64,000 nucleotides of DNA from Phoronis australis (GCA_002633005.1 NMRA01000827.1:54741-118740), one strand, 5' to 3'. Positions 1 to 12,468 are shown, numbered from the stretch's first letter. Numbers and translations are program-made. The notes: a model not told the origin generated them from the sequence alone.

Positions 1-159
1 TGTACCGACATTTATACGTCATGAAAAATAAGAGACATAATTTCCATAAAAACGATATTTCAATTCAGTTAAATTTATGTCTTATTTTCTCTCACTTGTA
101 AATCACCGATTTCCAAGAATGCGGGTATCGTGTCTAACTAATTAAAAAGAAAATCCATG

Positions 160-449
160 GAGCTCAAAGTCCTCCTCATTTCCTGGCGGTGGGTAGAAAA
201 CTCTGATGCAGGCTACTAATCGCATGATGAAATGACAAAAAGGACAGTTCGTCCTAAGTGACCGCGTACCCATCTTTGGAACTGTCTGAAGGCCACGTAC
301 CGCATCTCTTTATCCAATGGTCTGTCATAGCCATCAGGATATTGACTTTTGTATTGCAGCCATGCAGTCTCCAAAACATCACGCTTGATGCATACAGGTT
401 TAAAACCCCCATGCTCCACAATACATTTTTCTTCAGTGTAAGTTGTCAC
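160..449 (-). pseudogene. Kolobok accessory protein KolX (P2X7 C-terminal-like domain), decayed C-terminal fragment
   Basis: ORF reads CIVEHGGFKPVCI...VLETAWLQY...MRYVAFRQFQRWVRGHLG...VISSC. After a frameshift it continues VACIRVFYPPPGNEEDF. This is the C-x-x-x-H...RYxAYRQF..W..G.LG...V.PSC signature of P2X7-tail-like KolX proteins. Confidence 0.8.
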
Positions 450-879
450 TGTCAGAATATAGTCTGACAGTATTTTTAGTTGTATTGTTTTGTTTTGTTA
501 TTCTGTTTGATTGGCATGACCCCTGAGTTAAGTACAGTTATGATGTAATTTGTTTACTACAAAATAGTGTGGAACTTTCTAGAAGACTGAGGTCAGAACA
601 GTGATGATGTAATTTGTTTACTACAGTATAGTGTGGAACTTTCTAGAAGACTCTAGCATGACAGTGATTGATGAAGTCTGGAATATTCTAGAGACTAGTA
701 CATGTCCAGTGGTGTGCTCTTCACTGGAAACACGTTTCAGTCGGTGAAGACAATGATGGAGTTTGGAAAAGTCAAGTTTTTTTTTCGAAAACAACATTCA
801 ACAACATTCAGAATTCCTATTTAATACCAGTTGTCAATGACACATACATGTCACAACATCTCGAGTTGGTGGCGGAATT

Positions 880-1051
880 CATGGAGAAGGAGAACTTGTC
901 TGACTCACCAGGGCGGTCCGCCAAGTATACCACATGCACTCTAATGGAGGAAGAGACCAAAAAGATAATTGATGTGGAACTCGGAACAGCACAAGCATTC
1001 AATTGAGGTAGGCATAACAACGCACACAGTGCATTTGCACCAAGATGTGTC
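880..1051 (+). pseudogene. Kolobok-type DDE transposase fragment
   Basis: Plus-strand translation DSPGRSAKYTTCTLMEEETKKIIDVEL matches the DGRxDSPGHSAKYxxYT motif around the first catalytic Asp of Kolobok transposases. It runs into an N gap. Confidence 0.7.
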
Positions 1052-1953
1052 NNNNNNNNNNNNNNNNNNNNNNNNNNNNNNNNNNNNNNNNNNNNNNNNN
1101 NNNNNNNNNNNNNNNNNNNNNNNNNNNNNNNNNNNNNNNNNNNNNNNNNNNNNNNNNNNNNNNNNNNNNNNNNNNNNNNNNNNNNNNNNNNNNNNNNNNN
1201 NNNNNNNNNNNNNNNNNNNNNNNNNNNNNNNNNNNNNNNNNNNNNNNNNNNNNNNNNNNNNNNNNNNNNNNNNNNNNNNNNNNNNNNNNNNNNNNNNNNN
1301 NNNNNNNNNNNNNNNNNNNNNNNNNNNNNNNNNNNNNNNNNNNNNNNNNNNNNNNNNNNNNNNNNNNNNNNNNNNNNNNNNNNNNNNNNNNNNNNNNNNN
1401 NNNNNNNNNNNNNNNNNNNNNNNNNNNNNNNNNNNNNNNNNNNNNNNNNNNNNNNNNNNNNNNNNNNNNNNNNNNNNNNNNNNNNNNNNNNNNNNNNNNN
1501 NNNNNNNNNNNNNNNNNNNNNNNNNNNNNNNNNNNNNNNNNNNNNNNNNNNNNNNNNNNNNNNNNNNNNNNNNNNNNNNNNNNNNNNNNNNNNNNNNNNN
1601 NNNNNNNNNNNNNNNNNNNNNNNNNNNNNNNNNNNNNNNNNNNNNNNNNNNNNNNNNNNNNNNNNNNNNNNNNNNNNNNNNNNNNNNNNNNNNNNNNNNN
1701 NNNNNNNNNNNNNNNNNNNNNNNNNNNNNNNNNNNNNNNNNNNNNNNNNNNNNNNNNNNNNNNNNNNNNNNNNNNNNNNNNNNNNNNNNNNNNNNNNNNN
1801 NNNNNNNNNNNNNNNNNNNNNNNNNNNNNNNNNNNNNNNNNNNNNNNNNNNNNNNNNNNNNNNNNNNNNNNNNNNNNNNNNNNNNNNNNNNNNNNNNNNN
1901 NNNNNNNNNNNNNNNNNNNNNNNNNNNNNNNNNNNNNNNNNNNNNNNNNNNNN
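1052..1953. other. Assembly gap (N run)
   Basis: Continuous run of n. A second short gap lies at 8507-8549. Confidence 0.99.
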
Positions 1954-2141
1954 GGTCGGCTGATGGCCGGTCGGCTAAAGGGTCGGCTGAAGGGTCGGCT
2001 GGGGAGTCGCCTTATGAGTCGGCACTGCGGGCGGCTGCCGGTCGGCTAATTTTTAGCCGACCGGTCGGCAAATTAGCCGACCGGTCGACGGCTAGTCGTC
2101 GACCAATTTCCGACCGGGCGGCCAAAAATTCGTGATGTGTG
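1954..2141. mobile_element. End of a non-autonomous DNA element with GGTCGGC/GCCGACC subterminal repeats (CACTA/EnSpm-like)
   Basis: Dense GGTCGGC(T) repeats in both orientations, ending in ...GTGATGTGTG (a CAC terminus on the minus strand). The other end is lost in the gap. Confidence 0.45.
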
Positions 2142-2183
2142 CTGTATATATTTACACGGGCTTGGATTTCTGTATTCGGTGGT

Positions 2184-2270
2184 CCCGATTGCCCAGTAAA
2201 CTAGAGCGCCTGAACGGTTAGCAGAAGGTCCAGGGTTCGAGTCCCGGTTGGAGCAGAACTCTTTTCAGAC
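2184..2270 (+). mobile_element. tRNA-derived SINE head or pseudo-tRNA
   Basis: Degenerate A-box-like TGCCCAGTAAACTAGAGCG followed by a B-box/T-arm, CAGGGTTCGAGTCCCGG. No clean cloverleaf. Confidence 0.5.
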
Positions 2271-5129
2271 CTATAGTTACATGTAGTTCATGTGGTGTGG
2301 CCACAGGTGGCGTGCTCAGTGACTATACTTAGAAATGTTTGGATGGTTTTATCTTGATAAAACAGCCGTCGATCTTCGCATGAAGTCGAAGATTTCGTCT
2401 AGCTCTCAAATATAACCAGGCAGCATATAGGTACATGTAACAATACTTTGATTGTAGAAATTATTCCAGTATCTAAAAGTTATGTATATTTTCTCAGAGG
2501 GTATGACCGACTGTCTGTTTTAAGTCCTAATCACTTTTCGAGAAACAGAACCTAGGTAGAATTTACTCTTTCTACTGAAATAATTCTGATGAGCTTTACC
2601 CAAGCTTACCTCAAGGCGGATAATTCGTAGTCGTTACGATGTAGAGTGTTCATAGAATAGATTCCAATTGTAAAAATATTACGACAAGATTTTAATTACC
2701 ATTAATGAGTATGTACCTATTAAGGACCAATCACCTATATCCGAAATAACACAATTTCTTCAAAAAATATTTCCTCAAGTGTCCTGCATTTCGAGTGTAG
2801 GCAGCTGTTTCTTATATATGCACATGTTTCAAAGCGGTTTTGACTATTCTCCGATCTTTTCACTCGAAAAGTTATTGTAAATTTGAAAGCACTTCAAGAT
2901 CTACCGCGTTGTAGCAAATGAATGATTCACTCATATGTTACTTTGAACAGTCTTTTCTTGGCTTTTTTCTCAGTGTTTTGCATATAGTTAAAACCCATGT
3001 TAGTTCACATTTTTCTTGTCTTTCAGAATCATGGGGTTCACCGTACCGTGCGGAAGTGGATACTATTGTAGCGGTAAGATCAGATCGACATCGTGTCGAC
3101 ATGAAGCATTATCAAATGCAAAACTACTACCATTCTTTTGAATAACGTTAGAAATTTCATCTGTGAACGGATGTTTTCGCTACAAAACTACATTAGGAAT
3201 TGGTTAATAATGGATGTGAGAGAAGTTTGCCATCCACAAGAAATCCAAAAAAGTTATTGTCAAAGAACCTGAGGCAGAAGTGGGCACAAGCCATATCATA
3301 GATTTAGATTTGTTCATACATAGCTTGTTTACATGATTGGCTGGAATGATGAATATGCTCGGTATCAGTTCAAAGCACGCGCCGCTTCGTGGAAGCGAGG
3401 CTATTAACTTATAGGGGCTATCCAGGTCGTGTTGGAGAGCGTGAATTTTGACACTTTTTGAAGGGCCACACAACCATGTGGCAATAAAATGATTCCACAA
3501 ATACAAGGCGATTTGTTCTTTCTTTTTTGAGATTGTGGATGTGACATACCTGTATAACTTCTGTCTTGCACTAGGTTGTTTACCGTGAACGGGAACGGGG
3601 AAACTTGGTACACAATTTTTGAGATTAAACATGCTGTTATATACAGATTTAAAGATACAAATTAGTTCCTCTGATGAATGACAAAGTGTTTGTGGAAAGT
3701 TTCTTCGTTTGCATGAAACACGGTACGAAGCATGACCACATAACGTGTAGAGAGCTTTGACTGACGCCGTAAACAGTAGAACTTTGACTTTGAATATATT
3801 TGCTGGTACACAAAATTAATGACGGCAAATGATCAAAAAATATTTTACTGCCACTAAAACAAAAATACGATACCGACAACCATTGCTGTTGCTGATCTGC
3901 TAAACTGAAGCCAGAGAACTTCTACTATAACATTAATTTTAATTTGCTGGTGTAAAAGGAAAGATTAAAAAATCAACGTTAGTAATATAGTAGTATCAAC
4001 AGATGTCTTTTAAAGCATCGACCATGACTTAATATTACCTTTTCTGTGTGGCAAAACATCCCATCGCTGTAGCTAGAATATTTCCTTAGCACAAAATCCA
4101 CTATAATGAAGCCCAAGCTGGCATGCACACAAAATCCCAGTTGTGTCAATTTTGGCAGCAATGTTAAAGGAGAATGCGACCCGATTTTATTAGTCTTTTT
4201 ATCGTCTTAATCGGTCTATATCCACATCGCCTCTTATACGGTCGACCTCACCTTCCCGAGAGGTATCGCGTTAACCTGTGAGGAAGGTGAGAAAAGACGC
4301 AGTGGTTCGTCTGCAGAGTTAAAGGAGCATGCCACCCAAAAAACAACCTAATTTGTATCAATTTAGATGGAGTAGTTCTACTCCATAACGACACGTACGG
4401 TTGCGTTACCTGACACCTGACGGCAGACGGAGGTGTTGAAATTATCCAATGATGTCATCGGTTTCACACGTAGTCTGTTCAGCAGTTCACAACACGGGTT
4501 ACTGGTGTCAGCTTATCGCTTGATGTCATCGTTTAACACCAATAAATCATCAAACTTCGATGTAAAACCCTTAAAAATACGCCGAGTTCTTATAAAAACG
4601 TGTTGTTTTATTTCTCTCTTGCGGATTTATTGGTATTTGGACACACCGTAGCCTACAAAGTTCGGCAGGCCAGTAAGGTCCGTAGCAGGAGTGTGGGGCT
4701 TGTTAGGAGATAATTTCGAAATATTTTCCGTGAAATACAGACAGGAGGACCTAGATCTGTGTTGCTTAGACTTGTGATTTTTTGAGTTCTAAACACAAAA
4801 CTCTTGTTATCCTGGCCAGTGGCTCGGAGCCCGATCATGCCCGTCGCGGCCGGCCGGATTGACTCGTTATCCCGGCCAGTGGCTCGGAAACTGATCAGAC
4901 ATCACGAACAAAAACCAGCCAAAGTTCAGTGGAAACTAAACTTCCAGTCAAGAAAATACTATACTAGTGAGCCAAAGTAATGTGCACCTGATTATGTTGG
5001 TGAATTAGCCACGAAACTGCGAATCTACTTACTCGTCGGGTGCCCTGAATTCAGGTTCCGCTTTGGCCACAGCACCGTTAAGGCAGAAGTTGTACATTGA
5101 CAATCATCATTTGAGTAATGTAAATGTAA

Positions 5130-6394
5130 ACTAGAAAGATTATTGTCACGGCGTGACAATAACGGACTCTGCGCGTGCGCATTACTGGAATTATTATGTG
5201 AAGTTACTGACAACAACCCGTTCACCAATATGAAAAGGAATTCTTTAAAATTGTAGGAGAAATTACATGTTAATTTTTTGATGACCTTTCCACTAATTGA
5301 CCTCTTCCGGTGCATTTTGAACCCCGATGAGGGAGTAATTGTTAACTCGATTAAAAGTGTGGTTAATGCGTATAATCATAGATGTTTTACTTTAAGCACT
5401 TCAGAATACAAGATGAATGAAGTGGTCAAACTTTCAGAAAAAAATGCACCTAATGACCCCATGGGTGCACCAAATGAACTGAAAATTTAGAATTCAAACT
5501 CAATCGCACTTAGTAAACAGATAAGTAATTCTGAAGTCTCTAGCTCAAAATTTTAGTTTGCACTCAATGACCTTTGACCTATTTTTTCTGATTGGTTAGG
5601 CCTATTGCGAAGTAAAGTAGGGTTTTCACTTGGCATGTTGACTTACACCAGTGTGATGAAATTGAAAAGAATTCCTTGAAAAACGTAAGAGATATTTAAC
5701 ATTTTGAACGTTACATGACCTTTGCACTAATTGACCATATCCAGTACATTTTAAGCATCTTTAGGAGAATTATTGCAAAGCCCATGAAAAATGTGTTGAA
5801 CGCTAAGAATCACAGTTGTCTAACGGTTGACACATCAAAATACTTGCTGATTGAAAAGGTCAAATTTTCAGAAGAACAATGCACCTAATGACCCCATGTT
5901 TGCACTAAATGACCTGAAACTTTGGATTCCGATTTGATTTACCTGTGGCAACCAGACCTGTCAATTTGAAGTGTCTAGCTCAAAATTTTAGTTTGCACCT
6001 AATGACCTTTGACCTATTTCACCTGATTGGATAACCCGATTACTTAGAAAAGTGTTTTTTTAAATTGTCATGTGGACATATACCTGTGCACCGAATTTGA
6101 AAACGATAGTTTTAAAACTGAAGGAGGTGTAGCATTTTGAAAAATTATATGACTTTTGCACCAAACGACCTCTTCCGGTGCAATATGGAATATGATTATA
6201 TAACCAATCAAAATTTATATACTGTCAAAAGTCATATACTGAATTTAAAGACCGTACCTCCACCCAATTTGGAGTTATTACGCCTCAAAGTTGGTCGGAA
6301 GAAGAATAAGAATAAGAAAAATAAGAAGAATAAGAAGAAAATTGAAGAAAACCCAGGAACAACAGTACTCTGCGCTTACACGCGCAGAGTAATA
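5130..6394 (-). mobile_element. Helentron-associated non-autonomous element (HINE/DINE-1-like) inside the Kolobok inner copy
   Basis: Read on minus: 5' hairpin TACTCTGCGC..GCGCAGAGTA, a (TTCTTA)n microsatellite, and ~435 bp internal tandem core repeats (e.g. 5455 vs 5891). It ends with CGCAGAGT, the hairpin TTATTGTCACG..GTGACAATAA and ...CTAGTTT. Confidence 0.7.
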
Positions 6395-6849
6395 AAGATT
6401 ACCCTTACACCTGTTTGTGGGATGGAAATCGATCGAGTTGTTTCACAACAGTTTCTGTCAGCAAACACTAAATTAGCATGAGCTCACACGGCCTCGGTGT
6501 CCCGGTCGTCAATTAGTTTTATTGCACCTAAAGCCGGTAACGCAGTGATTTATTCATTGCTGGCTTCTCAAATCATTTGCCCTCACGAACACTCCAAAGG
6601 CATTACAAATTGCATCTAATGAGACACACTTTGTTTCAGTTTTATATAAGTTTTGGTTAGGGTGAGAATAATTCATTTTGAAACAGAACGCTCAGTAATA
6701 AACGCCAACTTGGTAACCCGCAATCCCGACTTAGGACGAGCTAGAGTTCATCAGTCCCGACTTTGCAGGTGGATCGTTAAGTTTTTCAGGCTATCAATTC
6801 GAACAGGAATACAGTGATGAAGAAATACTAGAGAGGAGCCGTGAACAAG

Positions 6850-7116
6850 CTAAGACAACGGAACGCATGAAGTTATTTGGCCGGTAAGCCGGCATTCGTC
6901 AGGCACTGTCGACATCTGCAGGCCACAGACACGGAGATGTTTCACTGCCTCATACATGTACTTGCTATTTACAGCATACATTTCATTCTTCACTACCATG
7001 AGCCACTTCCTAAGCATTTCGGACTCTCGAGGAAGTAAAAAAAAACGATATACCCACTTTCCTAGCAGCTGCTTAGTTCGGACAAGCGGGAACGATACAC
7101 CGCAACATAGCGGCAT
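6850..7116 (-). pseudogene. Degenerate THAP zinc-finger N-terminus of a Kolobok transposase
   Basis: MPLCC...FFLLPRE...LRKWL...LRVCG fits the THAP pattern (C..C, F-P, W, RVC-x-x-H). It starts ~165 bp inside the element end. Confidence 0.6.
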
Positions 7117-7902
7117 TCACTCTGCATATGAACCACTGACGTCGCTAGCGTCGTTTCTCACCTTCCTCACAGGTTAACGCGACACTTCTTGGCAATGTAA
7201 GGTCGACCGTATGCGAGGCGATGTGGATGTAGACCGATTAAGACGGCAAAAAAGACTAATTGAATCGGGTGGCATTCTCCTTTAAGGCCGTTATATTGCG
7301 GTGCGTGGTTCTCGCTTGTCCGAACTACGAAGCTGCGAAGAAAGCGGGTATATTGTTTTTTCGACTTCCTCGAGAGCCCGAAAGGCTTAGGAAGTAGCTC
7401 GAGGTAGTGAAGAATGAAAGGTACGCTGTTAATAGCGAGTATGAGGCCGTGAAACATCTGTGTCTGTGGCCGGCATTTCGTCGACAGTGATTTCTCTCCG
7501 GCTTACCAAAGAACTATCCATACGTTCCGTTGTCTGTGCATGTTCACGGCGCCTCTCTAGTATTTCTTGATCAATGTATTCCGGTTCGAACTGATAGCCT
7601 GTGAAACCTAACAATCTGACCCGTGAAGTATTTGTCGGATGAGCTCTTGACTAAGTCGGGCTTGGCGCCGGGCGAGTTGCCATGTATCTGCGTTCTGTTT
7701 CAAAATGAATTATTCTCATCCTAACCAATGCTTATATAAAACTGAATCTGCCTCATTAGATTCAGTTTGTAATCACTTTGCAGTATTCGTGAGTGCAAAT
7801 GTTGAGAAGCCCACTGCATGATAATTCAATGTTTGCTGGCAGAAAGCTGTTGTGAAACAGTTACTCGATTTTATATGCTATGGCCACATGATACGGGAAT
7901 CT

Positions 7903-8989
7903 TTATTACTCTGCACGTGTAAGCGCAGAGTACTGTTGTTCCTGGGTTTTCTTCAATTTTATTCTTATTCTTATTCTTATTCTTATTCTTCTTATTCTTC
8001 TTCTTATTCTTCTTCCGACCAACTTTGAGGCTTAATAACTCCGAATTGGGTGCAGGTACGGTCCTTAAATTCAGCATATGAAATTTGACAGTATATAAAT
8101 TTTGATTGGTTATATAATTATATTCCATATTGCACCGGAAGAGGTCGTTTGGTGCAAAGGTCATATAATTTTCAAAATGCTACTCCTCCTTCAGTTTTGA
8201 AGCTATCTTTTTTAAATTCGGTGCACAGGTATAAGTCAACATGACAATTTAAAAAATTACTTTTCTAAGTAATCGGGTCATCCAATCAGGTGAAATAGGT
8301 CAAAGGTCATTAGGTGCAAACTAAAATTTTGAGCTAGACACTTCAAATTCACAGTTCTGATTGGCACAGACAATTCAAATTGGAATCCAAAGTTTCAGGT
8401 CATTTAGTGCAAACATGGGGTCATAAGGTGCATTTTGCTTCTGAAAATTTGACCTTTTCATTCTCCAAGTACACTGATGTGTCAACCGTAAGACAACTGT
8501 GATTCTNNNNNNNNNNNNNNNNNNNNNNNNNNNNNNNNNNNNNNNNNNNAAAAAATAGGTCAAAGGTCATTGAGTGCAAAATTAAAATTTTGAGCTAGAG
8601 ACTTCAAAATTACATATCTGTTTAGTAAACGCGATTGAGTTTGAATTCTAAATTTTTGGGTCATTTGGTGCATCCATGGGGTCATTAGGTGCATTTTTCT
8701 TCTGAAACTTTGACCAATTAAGTCATGTTGTATTCTTAAGTGCTTAAAGCAAAACACCTGTGATTCTTAGCATTAACTATACTTTAAATTGGTTGTACAA
8801 TTATTCCCTCACTGGGGTTCATAATGCACCGGAAGAGGTCAGTTAGTGGAAAGGTCATCAAAACATTAACATGAAATTACTCCTACAATTTTAAAGAATT
8901 TCTTTTCATATTGGTAAACGGGGTTGCTGTCAGTAACTTCCCATAACAATTCCTTTAATACGCACGCCGTGACAATAATATTTCTAGTT
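7903..8989 (+). mobile_element. Second HINE copy inside the Kolobok outer copy
   Basis: Reverse-complement homologue of 5130-6394, starting TTATTACTCTGC and ending CTAGTTT. Contains N gap 8507-8549. Confidence 0.7.
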
Positions 8990-10500
8990 TAGAATTACAA
9001 ATACATTATTCAAATCATTGTTAATGTACAACCTCTGCCCTGACGGTCTGTGGAAGGGGAACCCGATTCGCGGCCCCGACAAGTAAGTGGATTTTCAGTT
9101 TCGTGGCTAATTCACGTAAATAATTACGTGCACATTATGTCTTTGGCTCACTATTATAGTCTTTTGGTGACTGGAGGTTTAGTTTCCAACTCAAGCTGGT
9201 TGTATTCATGCCAATCTCGGCGGGAACGACGGGCCAGCCTGATCTTGTTCGGAGCCACTGGCCAGGATAACGAGTAAGTCCGGCCGCGCCGGGCCTGATC
9301 GGGTTCCGAGCCACTGGCCGGGATAACAAGCGTTTAATGTGTTTAGAACTTAAAAAATCACAAGTCTAAGCAACACAGATCTAGTTTCTTCTGTCTGTAT
9401 TTCACGGAAGAATACTTCGAATTTATCACCGAACAGACCCCAAACTCCTGCTACGGACCTTGGTAAATTGGCATGCCAAACGTTGCAGGTTACGGTGTGT
9501 CCAAATACCAGTAAATCCGTAACAGAGAAAAAAAAACACGTTTTTATAAGAACTCGGTGAATTTTTAAGGGTTTTACATCGAAGCTTGGTGATTTATAAG
9601 CTGACACCAGTAACCCGTGTTGCGAACTGCTGAACAGACTGCGTGTGAAACCAATGACATCATTAGATAATTTCAACACCTCCGTCTGCCGTCAGGTGTC
9701 AGGTAACTTAACCGAACGTGCCGTTATCGAGTAGAAATACTCGATCTAAACTGATACAAAATAGGTTGTTTTTGGGTGGCATTCTCCTTTAAACCAAATT
9801 GACGCAATTTAGAAATTGTGTCAATCGAGGCCGGCGTTGGGCCTTTACAGCCTAGTGCACCACCTGGAAACCCCTGCTGATAAGTGTGGAGGACTCCGTA
9901 GTTGGAGTTCCTTGCGAACTTGGAGAGATCCGAACCACGAGGGTGAAACGCGAGTGTTTCACGAACAAGCTCGAGCTTTCACTGGCATGCAATAGGAAAA
10001 TGACTGCCATTGTACCTATTTGACGGCTAGCCTGGAACGTTGAAGTAAATTCACTGTTTCTGTTCTAAAAGACACAAATTCTCTGCCTAAAGTCTCTCGC
10101 TATTGGCAATTGTTACCGAATTTGCCCCTGGTCAGTGAGACAGATCCATGGGTTTACGTCAACATTTCCCGCCTTCTGTCTAACAACGAACTTTTGATTC
10201 CAAGCATTTACCGTTGTAAAACAGGCCTTAATTTCTTCCTTATGGGATTAGGCGTGCTTCCTGGGATTGGAAAGAACCGAAAGTTAGTTATTTCTTCAGA
10301 ATAGAGAACCTTGACCTACATTCTACAGTTGCTGATGCCACACGGATGGGCGCGCTCCTTAATTGCCACAGGTCATGAGAGTTCATGAACCAGGAAGCGT
10401 ATGTCCCTGAAGAGTGACGAATTTGTGTGCAAAAGAAATCTTTACATCCGACCGCGTTGAATCAACCTTTTATTTAAAAACGCCCATTGTAATGATAGCA

Positions 10501-10676
10501 TATAAATATAGATTATTACATGGCGAAGTCGTTATCCCCCGTTATCTAGAGCTCGAGTGGATTTTAGAGACTCATCGCCCGAGAGGCGTCAGCCCCGAGG
10601 GTGATAATTCTACAAAATCCACGAGGGCTCTAGATAAGGGGGATAACGACTGAGAACATGTAATAATCTATTTATA
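10501..10676. repeat. ~175 bp imperfect palindrome at the edge of a dispersed repeat
   Basis: Arms ATAGATTATTACATG..GTCGTTATCCCCC.TTATCTAGAGC..GTGGATTTT and AAAATCCACGAGGGCTCTAGATAAGGGGGATAACGAC..CATGTAATAATCTAT. Downstream 11010-11145 is the reverse complement of window 1-135. Confidence 0.8.
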
Positions 10677-12364
10677 CCACATACTGAGCGAGAAACATTA
10701 CAAGGAATCGATCTACCTTTCTCGACTCGCCTAGGTTTTGTAACTACTTTCTATGTCAGAGGTCCGGGGTCGGAGGTCGTGACCTTTTAAGAAAAGCCGA
10801 GCTATTTTTGTCAAATAATGCTTATACTCAAAACCAATTGAAAATTCAAACAAAATAGAAATAAAGTGAATCTATAAATTAAGGTTTAGCAACTAGTATA
10901 GCTTACTACACATTTTATCACGCTAAGCTTCGATGGGGAAAATATCGTCTGCTAAAGTAGGTTACCACTAGTAACTGACTATAATGCTCAAGTCAAAGGA
11001 TCCCGACGACACGATACCCGCATTCAAATTAGAGATCGGCGATTTACAAGTGAGAGAACAAAGAAAAAAATTTCACTGAATTAAAATATCGTTTTTATGG
11101 AAATTATGTGTCTTATTTTTCGTAGTGTATAAATGTCGATGCAATGCCCTTTGCTGAACATTCGTTTGTTGCGCGTGCTCATTTAAAGACGAAGGCAACC
11201 TTTTTTCACGTCGTTTTTAGCAAAAATAGGGTTCGTTGATTATCCCAGACATATTTTTCACTTATTTACAGCTTTTCGTAATTTAATTAATTACTCGTCG
11301 TCTACTCCGGAAGTGACGTTTTGGGAGGCAAGAATTTCGCGCCAATTTCTTTTCATACAGTCTGACTGAGAGAGCAGTCGAGTCAGTCATTGTTCTACCT
11401 CGGTTGTGATAAGTTCGCTGCGTTCTTCAATCAGGAAAAAGTGTCAATCAGGAAACACTGCAAGCGCCACAGACTCGAAGTCACGACCTGGCGGATACAG
11501 CGCGCGAACTTTACCATTACACCACCACGATTTAACTCACAATTTAACATTAAAAGACCTACTTGTTTATGGTCCACAGCGTTTGCCCGCGAAACCTTCT
11601 TTTTGTAATGCTTATTACATGTTTATATTTTGTTCAATCAGTTTTTAACAAATTTGTTGTATTTAAAATAGTCTTCAAGTACCCAAAAGACCAAATCCGT
11701 TTTTTGTGTTGGCAATAATGACGCGATTGCTTTGGAAATCGTCCTAAGTTAAGGTTTGACAAAGAGAGAATTATGAGTTTCTGCGTGATTCACTAAGGCT
11801 TCGTTTAAAAGTGACATCTTACCAGCAACTTCTGTTTTTTCGTCATCACTCAGATTCCATTTTCTTTAAAAAATGAAGTAATTTTCTTCATTGCACAGTG
11901 GAGCAGACGACGGAAACGAAGTCGTAGTGCCTATCGCCACTGCCGGTCGCCTGAGATAACGCGCGAGAGCCTATACTTAGCCATAGTTCCGTTACGATTG
12001 CGCAGTGTTCCGAATTTGACACTTGAAATTGGATCTGAGCCCCCTCCCCAAACACTAAAACTGCACACATTTAAATCTCGTTTCAGCCGTATAATTTTAA
12101 TTACCGGGATTAACTAATAAACTCAACATTTCCCTACGCTCTTGCTGTTTTATTTTTTGCGGCTGCCAAGGGGAGCGGGTGGGCCCCCTGCCCCCCCCTA
12201 AATCCGACTATGAAAATAAGCAAGCACGTTATGCGACAAACTGGTTCCCTGCGCTGCGTCCGGTCTCGGGAACAGCCTGCTTGGCCAGGCGGCAAAGTTC
12301 TGCTCTTGGCGATTTCGAATTGTCTGTTCTTTCCGAGCCCGGAAATGAATTTTATTCTTTGCAG

Positions 12365-12398
12365 TCGTGTGGAACAGGTTACGACCACTTCCATTACG
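12365..12398 (+). CDS. VOPP1/WBP1-like small membrane protein, putative exon (SCGTGYDHFHY)
   Basis: Acceptor TTCTTTGCAG and donor GTAATG. Phase 1 joins the next exon in frame. Confidence 0.5.
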
Positions 12399-12468
12399 GT
12401 AATGGGTAAAATTAAAAACGATTGTTTGACAGAAGGCGTGTCATCACATTTCAATATATCTGTTTTAG

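Larger units (their letters stand above)
4323..7281 (+). mobile_element. Non-autonomous Kolobok DNA transposon (inner copy)
   Basis: TTAA duplication at 4319-4322 and 7282-7285. 15-bp TIR AGGAGCATGCCACCC / GGGTGGCATTCTCCT. Contains a THAP-like remnant and a convergent KolX start. Confidence 0.88.
4168..9788 (-). mobile_element. Non-autonomous Kolobok DNA transposon (outer copy), interrupted by a sister copy
   Basis: TTAA at 4164-4167 and 9789-9792. Termini AGGAGAATGCGACCC...GGGTGGCATTCTCCT. Segments 4168-4322 and 7286-9788 are together the reverse complement of the inner copy. Carries a GYQFEPEY KolX N-terminal remnant (7429-7614, minus). Confidence 0.85.

Noticed and set aside
969-2135. Long ORFs of 388 and 334 aa
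   Set aside because: Artefacts of translating through the N gap.
2184-2270. Functional tRNA gene
   Set aside because: Only the T-arm/B-box is convincing; acceptor and D stems are degenerate.
3204-4161. Cluster of minus-strand ORFs
   Set aside because: No recognisable motif in the frames examined.
6137-8164. Paired Lys/Asn-rich ORFs (6137-6481 and 7871-8164)
   Set aside because: Open frames through the microsatellite of the two HINE copies; no protein motif.
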